A stretch of 64,000 nucleotides of DNA from the human T2T-CHM13v2.0 reference genome, Homo sapiens: the NCBI RefSeq assembly GCF_009914755.1, contig NC_060940.1; one strand, given 5' to 3'. Each line of letters starts with the position of its first letter. Position 1 is the stretch's first letter. The position numbers and the translations under genes were made by a program. The notes beneath the pieces were generated by a model. It made no database searches. It saw only the letters and a program-made list of their open reading frames with translations, and was not told the origin of the DNA. Below are positions 1-13,530 of this stretch, one piece after another.

Positions 1-681
1 ATAATTAATCAGCACTATCTCAAATCAGGGGAAGGTTCAAGAGCTTCAAGTCTATATTTAAGATAGACAGCTGTGGGCTTGAAGGAATGTTTTAAGTTCT
101 TTGCTTTCTAGTAGTCAGAATAATTGGGTGGACTGTTTAAATTACCCTTCGGCTACATGATGACCTCCTCCTCATGTTCCTCCTGATATGAAAATCAAGA
201 GTGAAAATATTGTGGAATTGCCAGTTAGTCTTTAAAGAAAATGAGCAATCTACCTTGCTGTAATGAAGTGCTTAGAACCTATTAGGGGGCACTGGATTAA
301 GTTCAGTTTGATTACAACCTACTTCAGTAAAATGTTGAGGCCTTAATTCTCACATCTGAGTGATGGGAACAAGTCCAAACCCTTCCTATAGAGTTGTAGC
401 TTAATCCATCTCAAAGGCAGCAGGGCATGTTTGATTACCTGGTATGGAGCATGGCCACGTGTCCTTTGAAATTTATATGACTGAGCCTTGAAGAAGAGAT
501 GACTTAATTTGAAGGGAACCTGGAAAGGAAAACAACACAGCTCTGATCAATCAGAGCATCAGCACAACTTGGTTCTGCACCCACTTACCCAGGATGCAAA
601 TGATTTCCAAGCTTCCTGCTCTGAGATCATGGTTCACATGAGATACAGCAGCAAAAATCAGCCCCCTTTGTCTTTCCACAG

Positions 682-771
682 ATGTCAAAGAGTGACAACT
701 TTGGAGAAAAGATGAAGGAGTTCATGCAGAAGTATGATAAAAACTCAGATGGGAAAATCGAGATGGCAGAG
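682..771 (+). CDS. CALB2: Calretinin coding exon 3 (MSKSDNFGEK...KIEMAE); exons 1-2 lie upstream of the window
   Basis: ttccacag acceptor, gtgagc donor, 90 nt; EF-hand loop DKNSDGKIEMAE matches recalled calretinin. Confidence 0.97.
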
Positions 772-1360
772 GTGAGCCCTGCCTCGCTGGTAAAGAGCTG
801 TGTGGGAGGGGCCCTGGGTCCCTGTGCCTCTCCCAGGCATGAGCATCCTGCTGAGGATTGGAGTGAGGTGGGGGCCTCAAAGCTCCTGCACCCCCAGCAC
901 TTGGGCTGACCAAAGAGAACAGCAGGGACTTTTCTTGTGTGTCACCCAAGGAAGAAGGAAGTGACAAACAATGGCCAAAGATAGGGGTGGAGACCTTAAA
1001 TGCCCACAGGGGCCAACAGGTATTGTAACCAAGTGGCAAGGCCAGCTGAAGACACTAGGGAGGCTGAAGACAGGTGAACAGGAGACTCTATGCCCCACCT
1101 AAAGCCATCCAAAGGCATAATTTTTAAAAGTTATATACATAATTTACACACATATATACATTTATAATTCACATCAGTAATTTACATATATATACATAAT
1201 TTGCATATAACATAATTTACACGTATCCATGTATACATATATACATTCATATATGCACACGTATATACACATACACACATACACTCACACATACTCATAT
1301 ACAGGTGCATGTCAAACACCTCTGGTAATCAGTGACCACAGTCAAGGGCTCAAGAGTGCT

Positions 1361-1500
1361 GGCCGGACTCCGTGGCCCATGTCTGTAATCCCAGCACTTT
1401 GGGAGGCTGAGGCGGAGGATCCTTGAGGTCAGGAGTTTGAGACCAGCCTGGGCAATATAACAAAACCCCATCTTTACAAACCATATAAATAAATAAATAA
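1361..1500 (+). mobile_element. Alu monomer (FLAM/left arm)
   Basis: Alu left-arm sequence with an A-rich tail. Confidence 0.8.
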
Positions 1501-2397
1501 GAATGATGATGGTGGCACAGGCATTAGGGCACAGCTCCACCCAGGGTATATTGTTGGGATGCTGCCTTAGGTTGGGTGCCTGAGACAGAGATTTGAGTGG
1601 AAGTGGCTTACTGAGGCAGAACTCTCCAGAGAAGGGCAGCAGGAAAAGGCAGGGGATAGTGCTGTGCAAGGATGCGGTCTCAACTGGAGCCTCGCCTTGG
1701 CTAGGCTTATAGGGACTCTGGAGTGTGGACTGTGCCACAGAGTGGGTCCCACTTTGAGGCAAGGGGGCTGGTCTGTTGTACCCCTGTGTCAATCAGTCAG
1801 TGGATGCAGGCTGCCCCTCTTTGGGCAAGGAGGGGACCTGTGGAACTTCCCCAGCGGGGCAGCTCTGGTCTGGCTGAGGGCAGTTCTTGTGCAGGGGCAG
1901 GGCTGAGCTGTTAGCAGTCTGACTTCATAGCAGCTGAGGGATGGCCAACAGCCTAGTTATAGAGGAGCAGGGAGAGGCACCAAGAATGGCCACTATAGAT
2001 GCCCATGCTGATTCAAAGGGGCTTAAACCAAGGGTTGACAGGCTTTTTCTCTAAAAATACAGATTAAGGTAAGTGTGTTAGGGTTTGTGGGCCATCCAGT
2101 CTCTGCCACAGCTCTTCAGCTCTGCCACTGTAGCACAAAAGCAGCCACGGGTGGTATGTCAATGAGTGGGTGTGGCCACGTCTTATAAAACTTTACAAAC
2201 AACTCCTGAGCCATACTTGGCCTGAGGGCCATAGCTTACCATGAGAGGCTTCTAACAGAAAGGCCAGGGTTAGGGTTTGTTCCAGGTGGAAGCCAGGGCT
2301 CCCGCTCTGCCTCCCTGCAGTTCTCTTGGTTCTGTTCTCTGCCCTCAAAATACCTTCATCCTCAGGCGGCTAGCAAGATGGCTGCCACAGCGCCAGG

Positions 2398-2808
2398 CAT
2401 CACATCCACATACACCCACATGCATCCACATACATCCACATATACCCACATACATCCACATACAACCACATGCATCCACATTCAACCACACACACCCACA
2501 TACATCTACATGCACCCACATACATCCACATCCAATCACATGTACCCACATCCATCCACATGCACCCACATGCAACCACATGTGCCCACATACAGCCATA
2601 TACACCCACATACAACCACATACATTCACATACAACCACATGCACCCACATACAACCACATACATCCACATTCAACCACACACACCCCCATACAACCACA
2701 TATATCTACATGCAACCACATGCACCCACATACACCCACAAACATCCACATACAACCACATGCACCCAAATACAACCATATCCAACTACATACATCCATA
2801 TACAACCA
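2398..2808 (+). repeat. CA-rich ~10-bp degenerate tandem repeat (CCACATACAY-type) in CALB2 intron 3
   Basis: Directly visible periodicity. Confidence 0.92.
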
Positions 2809-3603
2809 CTGTCCAGCTGCAGAAAGGACCCCTCTTAAGTGCAAGGAAATGTTCCCAGAAGTACCCACAGCAGCCCTTCCCCGACATTGCATTGGGCAAA
2901 ACTGGGTCACGTGCCTACCTGTAAGCCAATCACTGGCAAGGAGAATGGGAGGCTCACACTTCACCAACGTAGACTCATCAGGATTGGCCTGTGACACAAG
3001 AGTTCCAGGAGCAAAAAAGGGGGTAAGGGCGGTTGGGTGGGCAGCCAGCAGTGCTTACTGCAAGAGGGTACCTGCATTTTTCAAAAATCGAATTATTGCA
3101 GTATCAATTTACATGCAATAACTGCATCCATTTGAAGTGTAAAATTCCTTGAGTTTAGATTTTAGGCCATGAAATTGCCACCCCAATGGAAATATAGCTT
3201 TTCTATTACCCCCTCCAAAAGGTTCCTCTAGCCTGGTGCAGGCCCTCTTACCCCAGGCAACCACCCATCTACTTAGATTAGTTTGCATTTTTCAGAATTT
3301 TACATACATGGAATCATCTGTTAAGTATTCTTTTGAGTCTGGGTGCTTGCATTTTAAAGCAGCACCACTTTTTCCCCTCCAATTGCTCATCCCTTAAGGT
3401 TGGGACGACTCAAAAGCACTTCTCTGAACATCCTTCTTTCCCTTTGAAGGACTGCCAGCACCCGTTCTCAAGGAAGGAATGAAGAAAACGCAATTCCCAC
3501 ACTGCCTCGCCACTGGCCCTTTCCATCCTTCTTAGGGGAAAATCTGCTCTGCTCCCTGTCAAGTCCCTCCATAACGTTAGTGTCGCTCTCTGTATCTTCA
3601 CAG

Positions 3604-3684
3604 CTGGCGCAGATCCTGCCAACCGAAGAGAACTTCCTTCTGTGCTTCAGGCAGCACGTGGGCTCCAGCGCCGAGTTTATGGAG
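3604..3684 (+). CDS. CALB2: Calretinin exon 4 (LAQILPTEENFLLCFRQHVGSSAEFME)
   Basis: cag acceptor, gtgagg donor, 81 nt, phase 0/0. Confidence 0.97.
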
Positions 3685-3876
3685 GTGAGGCCAAGGCACC
3701 ACCTTCTTTCTAAGCACTGGGACCTGCCTTCCTCCTGTGTTCAGAGCCAGGCCCACCCTCCTGCCTGGTAATGGTCCCTGGGAGATGCTAAACCCCTTAG
3801 AGCTCTGCTACTCAAAGTGTGGTCCGTGGACCGTCAGCATCAGTATCACCTGGGTGCCTGTTAGAAAACAGAAAGG

Positions 3877-4500
<624 letters not shown>

Positions 4501-4891
4501 AGGTAGACAGACTCCCTGATCCAGTGACTCAGAAGCTCCATTTTAACAAGATCCCCAGATGATGTGTATGCACATTAAAATGTAGGGAATAAGATGAGAA
4601 GTAAGCTTGGGTCAAGTACGCTTGGGAAACACTGTGTACATGCATCTCTCATGTGGGGATTTGTTGTGGTCATTTGCATATCACAGGCTCTGAGAAATCA
4701 AGCAATAAAGAAAACCGTGCCACTCAGTTTGGCTCCAGGATCTCATGCCACTCAATAATAATGTTGTGTCTCTCGAAGTCAGAGTTCCAAGAAGCAGGCT
4801 AGAGAAGGATGGACTTATGTACGATTCTATAGCTACAAAAGTCCAGTGAGGATTCCAGTTTTTGGTATCTTCCACGTTTCATCTTTGACTA

Positions 4892-5255
<364 letters not shown>

Positions 5256-5345
5256 TTAGCATTCCCCTCTTGGCAATATAATTTCCTTGAGATCTTCATG
5301 TAAAATATGATGTTCAAATTCATGTCTCTTGAGTAATATTCATCT

Positions 5346-5429
5346 GATAAATTGAACCATATGAAATTGCTGATATTTAACGATTTTTTACTTACAAAAA
5401 GTGGAAATTCTATGTGGTTCAACCAAATA
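5346..5429. mobile_element. MADE2-like mariner MITE
   Basis: ~80-bp palindrome TTGAACCATATGAAATT...AATTCTATGTGGTTCAA. Confidence 0.75.
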
Positions 5430-6021
5430 TATTACTAATCCTGATGTCCAGCAAACTACCAATTATTTCTTGCTCTCTTTCTGGGACTCCACACTCTAAC
5501 CATTCAGCATATGCATTCCTCAGAGTGAAATTCAACCCATACCCACCTCACGAACTGCCTGCTCTGATAAATAATAACTGGCCTTCGACGTGACTCTCTG
5601 CCATTCATTGGGGTTAAATCCATTTCCAGCCACCGGTAATCCCCTCTCTGTGATCCACTGCCTGTAACAACTGGAGAGCTGGCCCAGAAGCCTGTGTGGC
5701 AGCAAGCTCCCCTCCTGGGCAGTCAGTGAGAAAGAACCAGTTCTCAGGGTGGAACAGTCATTTTTTAAGTGACAGCTTGCCTGAGCATCAGAGATGGATT
5801 TAATTTTATGGTGCCTTAAAAGATTTTTCTCCAGTTTTTTCAAGATGGCAAGATTCCACAAGCTGATAATTGACATTCTAGCTTCTGTTCTTAGTCCTTC
5901 TCTAGCCTGCCTGGGAGAAAAAAAGTTCTGCGTATCCTTATAACTTGTCAGGGTGTTGCTTTTGTATCAAGTTTTCCAACTATAGAAAAGGGAGCATCAT
6001 GCCTGACTCCTTTCCTGATAG

Positions 6022-6539
<518 letters not shown>

Positions 6540-7661
6540 CAGGATTTCATATTCTTACATGTATTTGTCCTTCTAAGTCCCAGCATAACTGCAGAGGAGA
6601 CATGCCCGCCACGGTTTCTGGGACCCCACCCTCCCACAGTACTGTCCCACTGTCCCCTCCTGGGGTCTGTTCCATTTGTTCCATTTTTACCAGCCAGAAG
6701 CCTGAAATGGTCCCTCAGTAGCCCTGAAAGGCTTGTGCTCTCAGGTAGCTCCCATCCCAGCACTCAGCACAACAACTCCTAATTTTAGTGATGCCTCAGG
6801 ATTTCTTTGAGATTTCACAAAGCCCAGGTCTCTTGAACTCTTTTCCTTGAATGAGAAGAGAAAGGATGCACTGATGATGATGAGCACAAGTGCTGGATGG
6901 GGAGAGGAGGCACGTGGGGGAGCCCAGAGCTGGCATCCTGGCGGGGTGCATGGTCGGAAGTGGACCCACTGGCAAGATGGCTTGGGAAAGCAGCCGCTGG
7001 TGCTTTGCTCTGTGCAGGGACTGGGGTTCCTTCAGGTTATTGCCCTTTTAGGCAACTTGGAGGGGGTGTCTTCCTCTTCTCAGTAAAGACTCAACTTAGA
7101 CAAACTAAACTGTAATGCACTAAGTGCCTGCGAGTTGTTGGTGAAGTCATATTTGGAAATCCTCACATATATTTTAGTGCCTTTTCAAGGGCAGACTTTC
7201 TGGCTATGGGAAGGAGTATTTCAAAGAGTCTAAGGCATTTTTCTGCAGAGAAAAGACACTCTTGTAATCAAATACCATCGACCTAAGTTGCATATAGTAC
7301 AAATCTACCCTTTTCTTGGGATTTGCTCCTGTCTTGTGACAAAAAAAAAAAAAAATCAGGACCAAAATTTCTGAGCCCTGTCACCATGAAAATTACATAA
7401 CATTGTTTGCTGGTGTTTAAAAAGAGACATTTTCCGTAAAATATAACTAAACTCTAAATGTCCATAAACTCTAACACTCCTGACAATAAAGGGGCACATG
7501 CAGTGGAGAAGTGGGGGGAGGCAGGGGATAAGCTGTAGGAAAAGGATTAGTGGTTGCTGGCTCCCAGAAAATCAAGTGTTGCTGGTCTTCAGGTGTGTAG
7601 TTTGGAGCTGGAGGAGAAGCGAAGAAAAGTCAGGAGAACAAAACTTGAAAGAAAATCTAGG

Positions 7662-7945
7662 AGCCAGGCATGGTGGCTCATGCCTGTAATCCCAGCACTA
7701 TGGGAGGCTGAGGTAGGAGGATCACTTGAACTCAGGAGTTTGGAGATCAGTCTGGGCAACATAGTGAGACCCCATCTCTACAAAAAAATAAAAAATTAGT
7801 TGCGTGTGGTGGTGCACGCCTGTAGTCCGAGGCACTTGGGAGGTTAAGCTGGGAGGATCACTTGAGCTTGGGAGGTAGAGGCTACAGTAAGCTTTGGACG
7901 CCACTGCACCACAGCCTGGGTGACAGAGTGAGACCCTGTCTCAAA
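7662..7945 (+). mobile_element. AluJ
   Basis: Diverged Alu dimer. Confidence 0.85.
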
Positions 7946-8143
7946 AGAGGAGGAGGAGGAGGAGGAGGAGTAGGAGGAGGAGGAGAGGGGGAGGGGGAGG
8001 GGGAGGAAGAAAGAAAGAGAAAGGAAGGAAGGAAGGGAAGAAAGGAAGAAAAAGGAAGGAAGGAAAGAAGGAAGGAAGGAAAAGGAAGGAAGGAAGGAAG
8101 GAAAAGAAAGGAAGGAAGGAACGAAAGAAAAAAGAAAAAAAAA
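7946..8143 (+). repeat. Polypurine (GGA)n/(GGAA)n tract at an Alu tail
   Basis: Directly visible. Confidence 0.9.
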
Positions 8144-8663
8144 TTAGAAATATGTGGCGCCAAATAGACCAAAGATATAGCGGAACATGGTTCTCCGGGC
8201 ATCTTTGCCCCAGATGTGGGCAGTCCCCTCCCCTGCACCACTGCCCCTCCTGTGGCTTTCTCTCTTCTCCACCAGATGATGTGGTAAAAGGCAGGGAAGT
8301 CAGAGCAGTTGTATACAGGACCATTGGATGAGTTACTTATTGCTGTATAATAAACTGCCCCTAAAACTTAGCAGCCTGAAGCAACAAACATTGATTACAT
8401 CCCACTTTCGATGGTCAAGAATTTGGAAACAGCTTAGCTGCGTGGTTCTGGCCCAGGCGCTCATGAGATCACCGTCGAGATACTTCCCTTCATTTCCTTC
8501 TCTGTGACCTTGAAGGGTCTGGGCTACATCATCTCCATGTCTCCATCCCATTCCGATATTCTTGAAGATCAAGACCCTGGGTGGCCCATTAAAGGGGAAT
8601 GGAAGGGAGGTGGGTAGATTTTGATACGTCTTTGCAAAGAGGTTGACATTCCTGTTGTTGCAG

Positions 8664-8720
8664 GCTTGGCGGAAGTACGACACAGACAGGAGTGGCTACA
8701 TCGAAGCCAATGAGCTCAAG
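8664..8720 (+). CDS. CALB2: Calretinin exon 5 (AWRKYDTDRSGYIEANELK)
   Basis: ttgcag acceptor, gtagga donor, 57 nt; EF-hand loop. Confidence 0.97.
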
Positions 8721-9311
8721 GTAGGATGGGCCTTGGGGAGGGTGTGAGGCCAGAGTGGCGGTGGGCTTAAGGTGCCTGAGGAGGGAGGAGATGTTGGATG
8801 AGGGGCATGAGTTTGCGGGCTGCTTAGGAATACTCAGACCTGGCACTGAATTGTTGGACTTGTTTAGAGAAGTCAGGGGAAATCAGTAACATAGAGCTGC
8901 CAGGCTGTAGATTTCAACGAAACCCAGCTCTTCTGCACCTCCATGCTCGGGACAGGAGTCCTCCAGGCAATTCCAGAAGATTGGCCTCTGGCTCCTAGGT
9001 CCACCTCCAAATTCCTCTGGCTATCACCCAGTGATTCCCCAGGCACTGCTTAGCTCCGTATACTGGTCTCCCAGGAGGCAGAGCCAATCTCTAGCGCCTA
9101 TTCTGTGAGGCAGGGTTGCACCACCAGCTAGTACAGCCTTAAAAGTCACTCCCCAAGAGTTAGGAATTATGAGGGCCCTGAGTCATAGAACTGGTAGACC
9201 TGAAAAACACACACACACACATTGAGAGACTGTCTGAATGAGCAAGTAAGGAAATGAATGAGGGACCGAATGCACGAGTCAGGAGTACTAAAGAGGCCTT
9301 TTGTGTTGCAG

Positions 9312-9389
9312 GGATTCCTGTCAGACCTGCTGAAGAAGGCGAACCGGCCGTACGATGAGCCCAAGCTCCAGGAATACACCCAAACCATA
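9312..9389 (+). CDS. CALB2: Calretinin exon 6 (GFLSDLLKKANRPYDEPKLQEYTQTI)
   Basis: ttgcag acceptor, gtgagt donor, 78 nt. Confidence 0.97.
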
Positions 9390-9914
9390 GTGAGTGAACA
9401 GAAGTGTCCCTCTCCCCCAGGGTGCAGGACTTGTGCCCCAAGCCACTTGGGCTCTGGTGTGCAGGGTCCCTTGTTTGCTGATTCTTCAGGCCCAAGGGAA
9501 GTGATTCACAGTGGCAGCTGGCAAAAAGGGATGCTACTTTGTGGCTTCACATACCCTTTGAGGTCCTGGGTGTGAGCTGACTCGTGGGCCAATGTGATTG
9601 TCTGTCTCCATGGCAACCTCTGCAGCTCTAGGAGAGGATGATCTTGGAGAGAGTGGGCCTTTAGTGCCGGCCTGCTGTGCCTCAGCTGCCCCTGTCCCTG
9701 AGGAGGGGAGAGAGGAGCAGTGAACGAGTCCCTGTGGTCCACCCAGGGGACCCCCGTGACTGATTTAGCCCATGTTGGTTCTTGGCCCCTACGGACCTCA
9801 GAGGAAGCATGAGCACGTGTCACCTGTCCTCCTTCCCATCCTCTCCAGTAAAAGGGGATGTCAGGTCAGAGAAATTCACAGCAAATAACCCAGGCACCTT
9901 TCTGTCCCCAACAG

Positions 9915-9970
9915 CTACGGATGTTTGACTTGAACGGGGATGGCAAATTGGGCCTCTCAGAGATGTCCCG
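9915..9970 (+). CDS. CALB2: Calretinin exon 7 (LRMFDLNGDGKLGLSEMSR)
   Basis: aacag acceptor, gtaagc donor, 56 nt ending in phase 2; EF-hand loop DLNGDGKLGLSE. Confidence 0.97.
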
Positions 9971-10283
9971 GTAAGCACCTCACCCCCGGGGTCACTGATA
10001 CTGGCTCCCACAGGTCATTCCTGTGTTATCCGTCTCTGAGATCCATTGGTGGGAAAGTGACAGGTGCGGGTGTCAAGAAGCTCAAGACAAAGCAAGATAG
10101 AATTGTGACCGTCAACACCTCACCTTGTCTGTCTCCCTCGTTTTTGAACTTCCCACTGATTCATTATGTGTGAAGTGCTCAGAAATCATTTCTGTAACTG
10201 CAGGCACCGCCTCTGCCTTCCCCTCTCCCGCTTGCCCTTGCCTGTGCAGTCTCCTCATCTCTGCTCTAACATTTTCTCCCCAG

Positions 10284-10323
10284 ACTCCTGCCTGTCCAGG
10301 AAAACTTCCTGCTTAAATTTCAG
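10284..10323 (+). CDS. CALB2: Calretinin exon 8 (LLPVQENFLLKFQ)
   Basis: ccccag acceptor, gtaaaa donor, 40 nt restores frame. Confidence 0.96.
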
Positions 10324-10397
10324 GTAAAACTTTGCTTTCCTTCCTTCCCCCTTCCCTCATCCCTCTGAGCCTGGCCCTGCACCCTCCTTCCCCCAAC

Positions 10398-11970
10398 GCA
10401 CCACACACAACACACTACACACACCCACACACACCACACACACACAAAACACACCACACACACAACACACACAGATCACACACACAAAACACACACAGAC
10501 CACACACACCACATACACAACACACGCAGACCACACACACTACATATCACACGCACACACCCCACATACACAGAGACATCACACACACCACACAGACCAC
10601 ACACCACACGACACACACATCACACATGCACACACCACACACATACACAGATCACACACCACACAAAGACCACACACCACACACACATCACACACACACC
10701 ACACACACAGACCATATACCACACAGACCACACACCACACACGTATACAGACACCTCACGCACACACCACACAGACACCACACACCACACACACCACATA
10801 CCACACACACACCACACACAGACCACACACCACACACACACCACATACACACCACACACCACACACACAACACACACACCACACACACACCACATACACA
10901 GACCATGTACCACACATACACAACACACAGACCACACAACAGACCACACAACACACACACACATCACACACACCACACACATACACAAACACCTCACGCA
11001 CACACCACAGAGACCACACACCACATACACACCACACACATTACAAACACACATACCACACAACACACACAAACACCCTACACACAACACACACACAATG
11101 CACACCACATACACACATCACATACACACAGGACACACACACCATGACACACACCCTACACCCACACACAACACATACACACAGACCACACAACACACAC
11201 ACAACAAATACCACACACAGACCACACCACACACACATCACACACACATCATACACACATCACACACACATCATACACACCCCACACACCACACATCATA
11301 CATACCACTCACCACACATACCACACACAGAACACACAACACACAACACACCACACACACCGCACACACACACCACACATATGCACACCACACATCACAC
11401 ATACCACACACATATGACACACACAACACACATGCCACACACACCACACATGCCCACACACCAAATACCACACGCAGACCACACCACACACATCACACAC
11501 ACACCACACATCACACACACACCACACGTCACACATATCACACACACCACACATACACACAACGCATAACCACACACACACCACACTACACACACATCAC
11601 ACCACACCAAACACATACCACCCACACACACCATACCACACACACCACACATATACACAACACACAACACATATAACCCTACACACACCATACACACCAC
11701 ACACACACAACACAAACACCACACACCACACCACACACCACACATACCATACACACCACACACACACCAGCACACACACAGACCACACACACACCATACA
11801 TACACACCATACACCACAGACACACACCACACAATCAGACACCACATACACACCACACATCACACACCACACATCACACATATACACATACCACACACAC
11901 ACCACAAACACCACACACACACCACACACATAAACACACACACACAAACGCACACCCACACACACACCAC
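10398..11970 (+). repeat. ~1.57-kb degenerate (CA)n/CACCA low-complexity tract filling CALB2 intron 8
   Basis: Almost exclusively C and A. Confidence 0.97.
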
Positions 11971-12010
11971 TGCGCTTCTGCTTCTGTCTTTAATACCCTG
12001 GTTCTTGCAG

Positions 12011-12064
12011 GGCATGAAGCTGACCTCAGAGGAGTTTAACGCGATCTTCACATTTTACGACAAG
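12011..12064 (+). CDS. CALB2: Calretinin exon 9 (GMKLTSEEFNAIFTFYDK)
   Basis: ttgcag acceptor, gtaaga donor, 54 nt. Confidence 0.97.
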
Positions 12065-12804
12065 GTAAGAGAGGGAGTTGGCATGGCAGGGAAAATCAGA
12101 AGCCCATCAGCCCGTCCAGAAGGGCTCAGCTTCATCCCTGGGAAGAGACAGCTTTCCAGGGGTGGCCTGGGCCGTGTGGTTTCTTCCTGCCGCATCTTCT
12201 GCTGTATGAGAAGGCAAATGTCATTCTCCACCGGTGGCCTATGGAGCCCAAGGGGTTGGTTTCTGCAGAGTGCAGCCGAGAATCGTTGGGGGAGGACTAT
12301 GCTTAGAACTAGGGTGTGACCACGCTGTCGGGAGCCAAAGGGAAGAGACACTCAGAACTGCCCTGGTGCCAGATCACAATTCTGCCCAGGGCCAAGTCTT
12401 TCTCTGGGAAGTTGGAAGTTAGATGACCTCCATACCCACCCCTCCCTGGGCTGTCCCCTGCCCACATGACTCCGGTGGTTTTCTTCATAACCAGTGTTGG
12501 AGGTAAACTTTAAATAGCCCCCGGACTCAGGGAGTTAACCAAATGCTTCTTGAACCTCACTTAAATTTTCAACGCACATGAAAAGCACCACAATGAAAGG
12601 CTACCCAAAGCTTGCACCCACTGCCACCTTCCTGCCATGACTGGTTAAGGCAGAAGGGACACATTATTTTGTCATTACACGATCTGAACACCCCCTTTTG
12701 CACAGAGTAATGGAGAGGCTAGACTCTTAGACATCCCTGGAATGGGTCGGGACAGCAGGGGCCCAGGCTTTAGAGCTCTGGGTTGACTCTGCTCCCATCC
12801 CCAG

Positions 12805-12876
12805 GATAGAAGCGGCTACATTGACGAGCATGAGCTGGATGCCCTTTTGAAGGATCTGTACGAGAAAAACAAAAAG
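12805..12876 (+). CDS. CALB2: Calretinin exon 10 (DRSGYIDEHELDALLKDLYEKNKK)
   Basis: ccccag acceptor, gtgagc donor, 72 nt. Confidence 0.97.
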
Positions 12877-13074
12877 GTGAGCAGCCAAGCCTGAGGCCCG
12901 GCCACTGTCCCCAGGGCACGGGAGAGGCTTCTGCAGGAGAGGAGGGGAAAGGTGCCTGGTCCTGCTCTCTACTCCCCTCTGATCTGCCACAGCAAGGCAA
13001 TAGACATTTTGTGGGTTTGCTTTTGGTTTTTTGATTTCTGGTTGGTTGGTTGATTAATTGATGTTTCTTTTTAA

Positions 13075-13530
13075 AATTTAATTGTGGCAAAAAACACAGG
13101 ACAGAAAGCTTACCATCTTCACATTTTTAGTGTACAGTCCAGTGGCATTGAACATATTCATAATATTGCACATGCGTGGCCACCTTCTCATCCTGCAGCG
13201 CCAAAACCTGTACCCATTAAAAAATAACTCTCCATTCCCCTGTCCCCCATCTCCTGCCAACCACTCTACTTTCTGCCTCTGTAAATTTGACTGCTCTAGG
13301 TACCTCATGTAAAGAAAATAGTATAATCTTTCTGTGCCTGGCTTATTTCACTTTGCATAATGTCCTTGCAAGCTTATCCATGTTGTGGCATGTGTCAGAA
13401 TTCCCTTCCTTTTTAAAGCTGAATAATGCTGCATCGTATAAATATACCACATTTTGTTTACCCATTCTCTTCTGTGGACGCTTGGGTTGCACCCATCTGC
13501 TGGCTGTTGTGGGGGATGCTGCTGTGAGGC
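13075..13530 (-). mobile_element. Old L1 (L1M) 3' end fragment
   Basis: Typical antisense L1M 3' phrases (TGCCTGGCTTATTTCACTT.GCATAATGT). Confidence 0.75.

Noticed and set aside
2277-3121. 215- and 247-aa His/Pro/Thr ORFs and their antisense counterparts
   Set aside because: Translations of the 10-mer CA-rich repeat
10332-11965. Long His/Thr-rich (+) and Cys/Val-rich (-) ORFs up to 271 aa
   Set aside because: Artefacts of a CA repeat that rarely contains stop codons; intronic, with no gene structure
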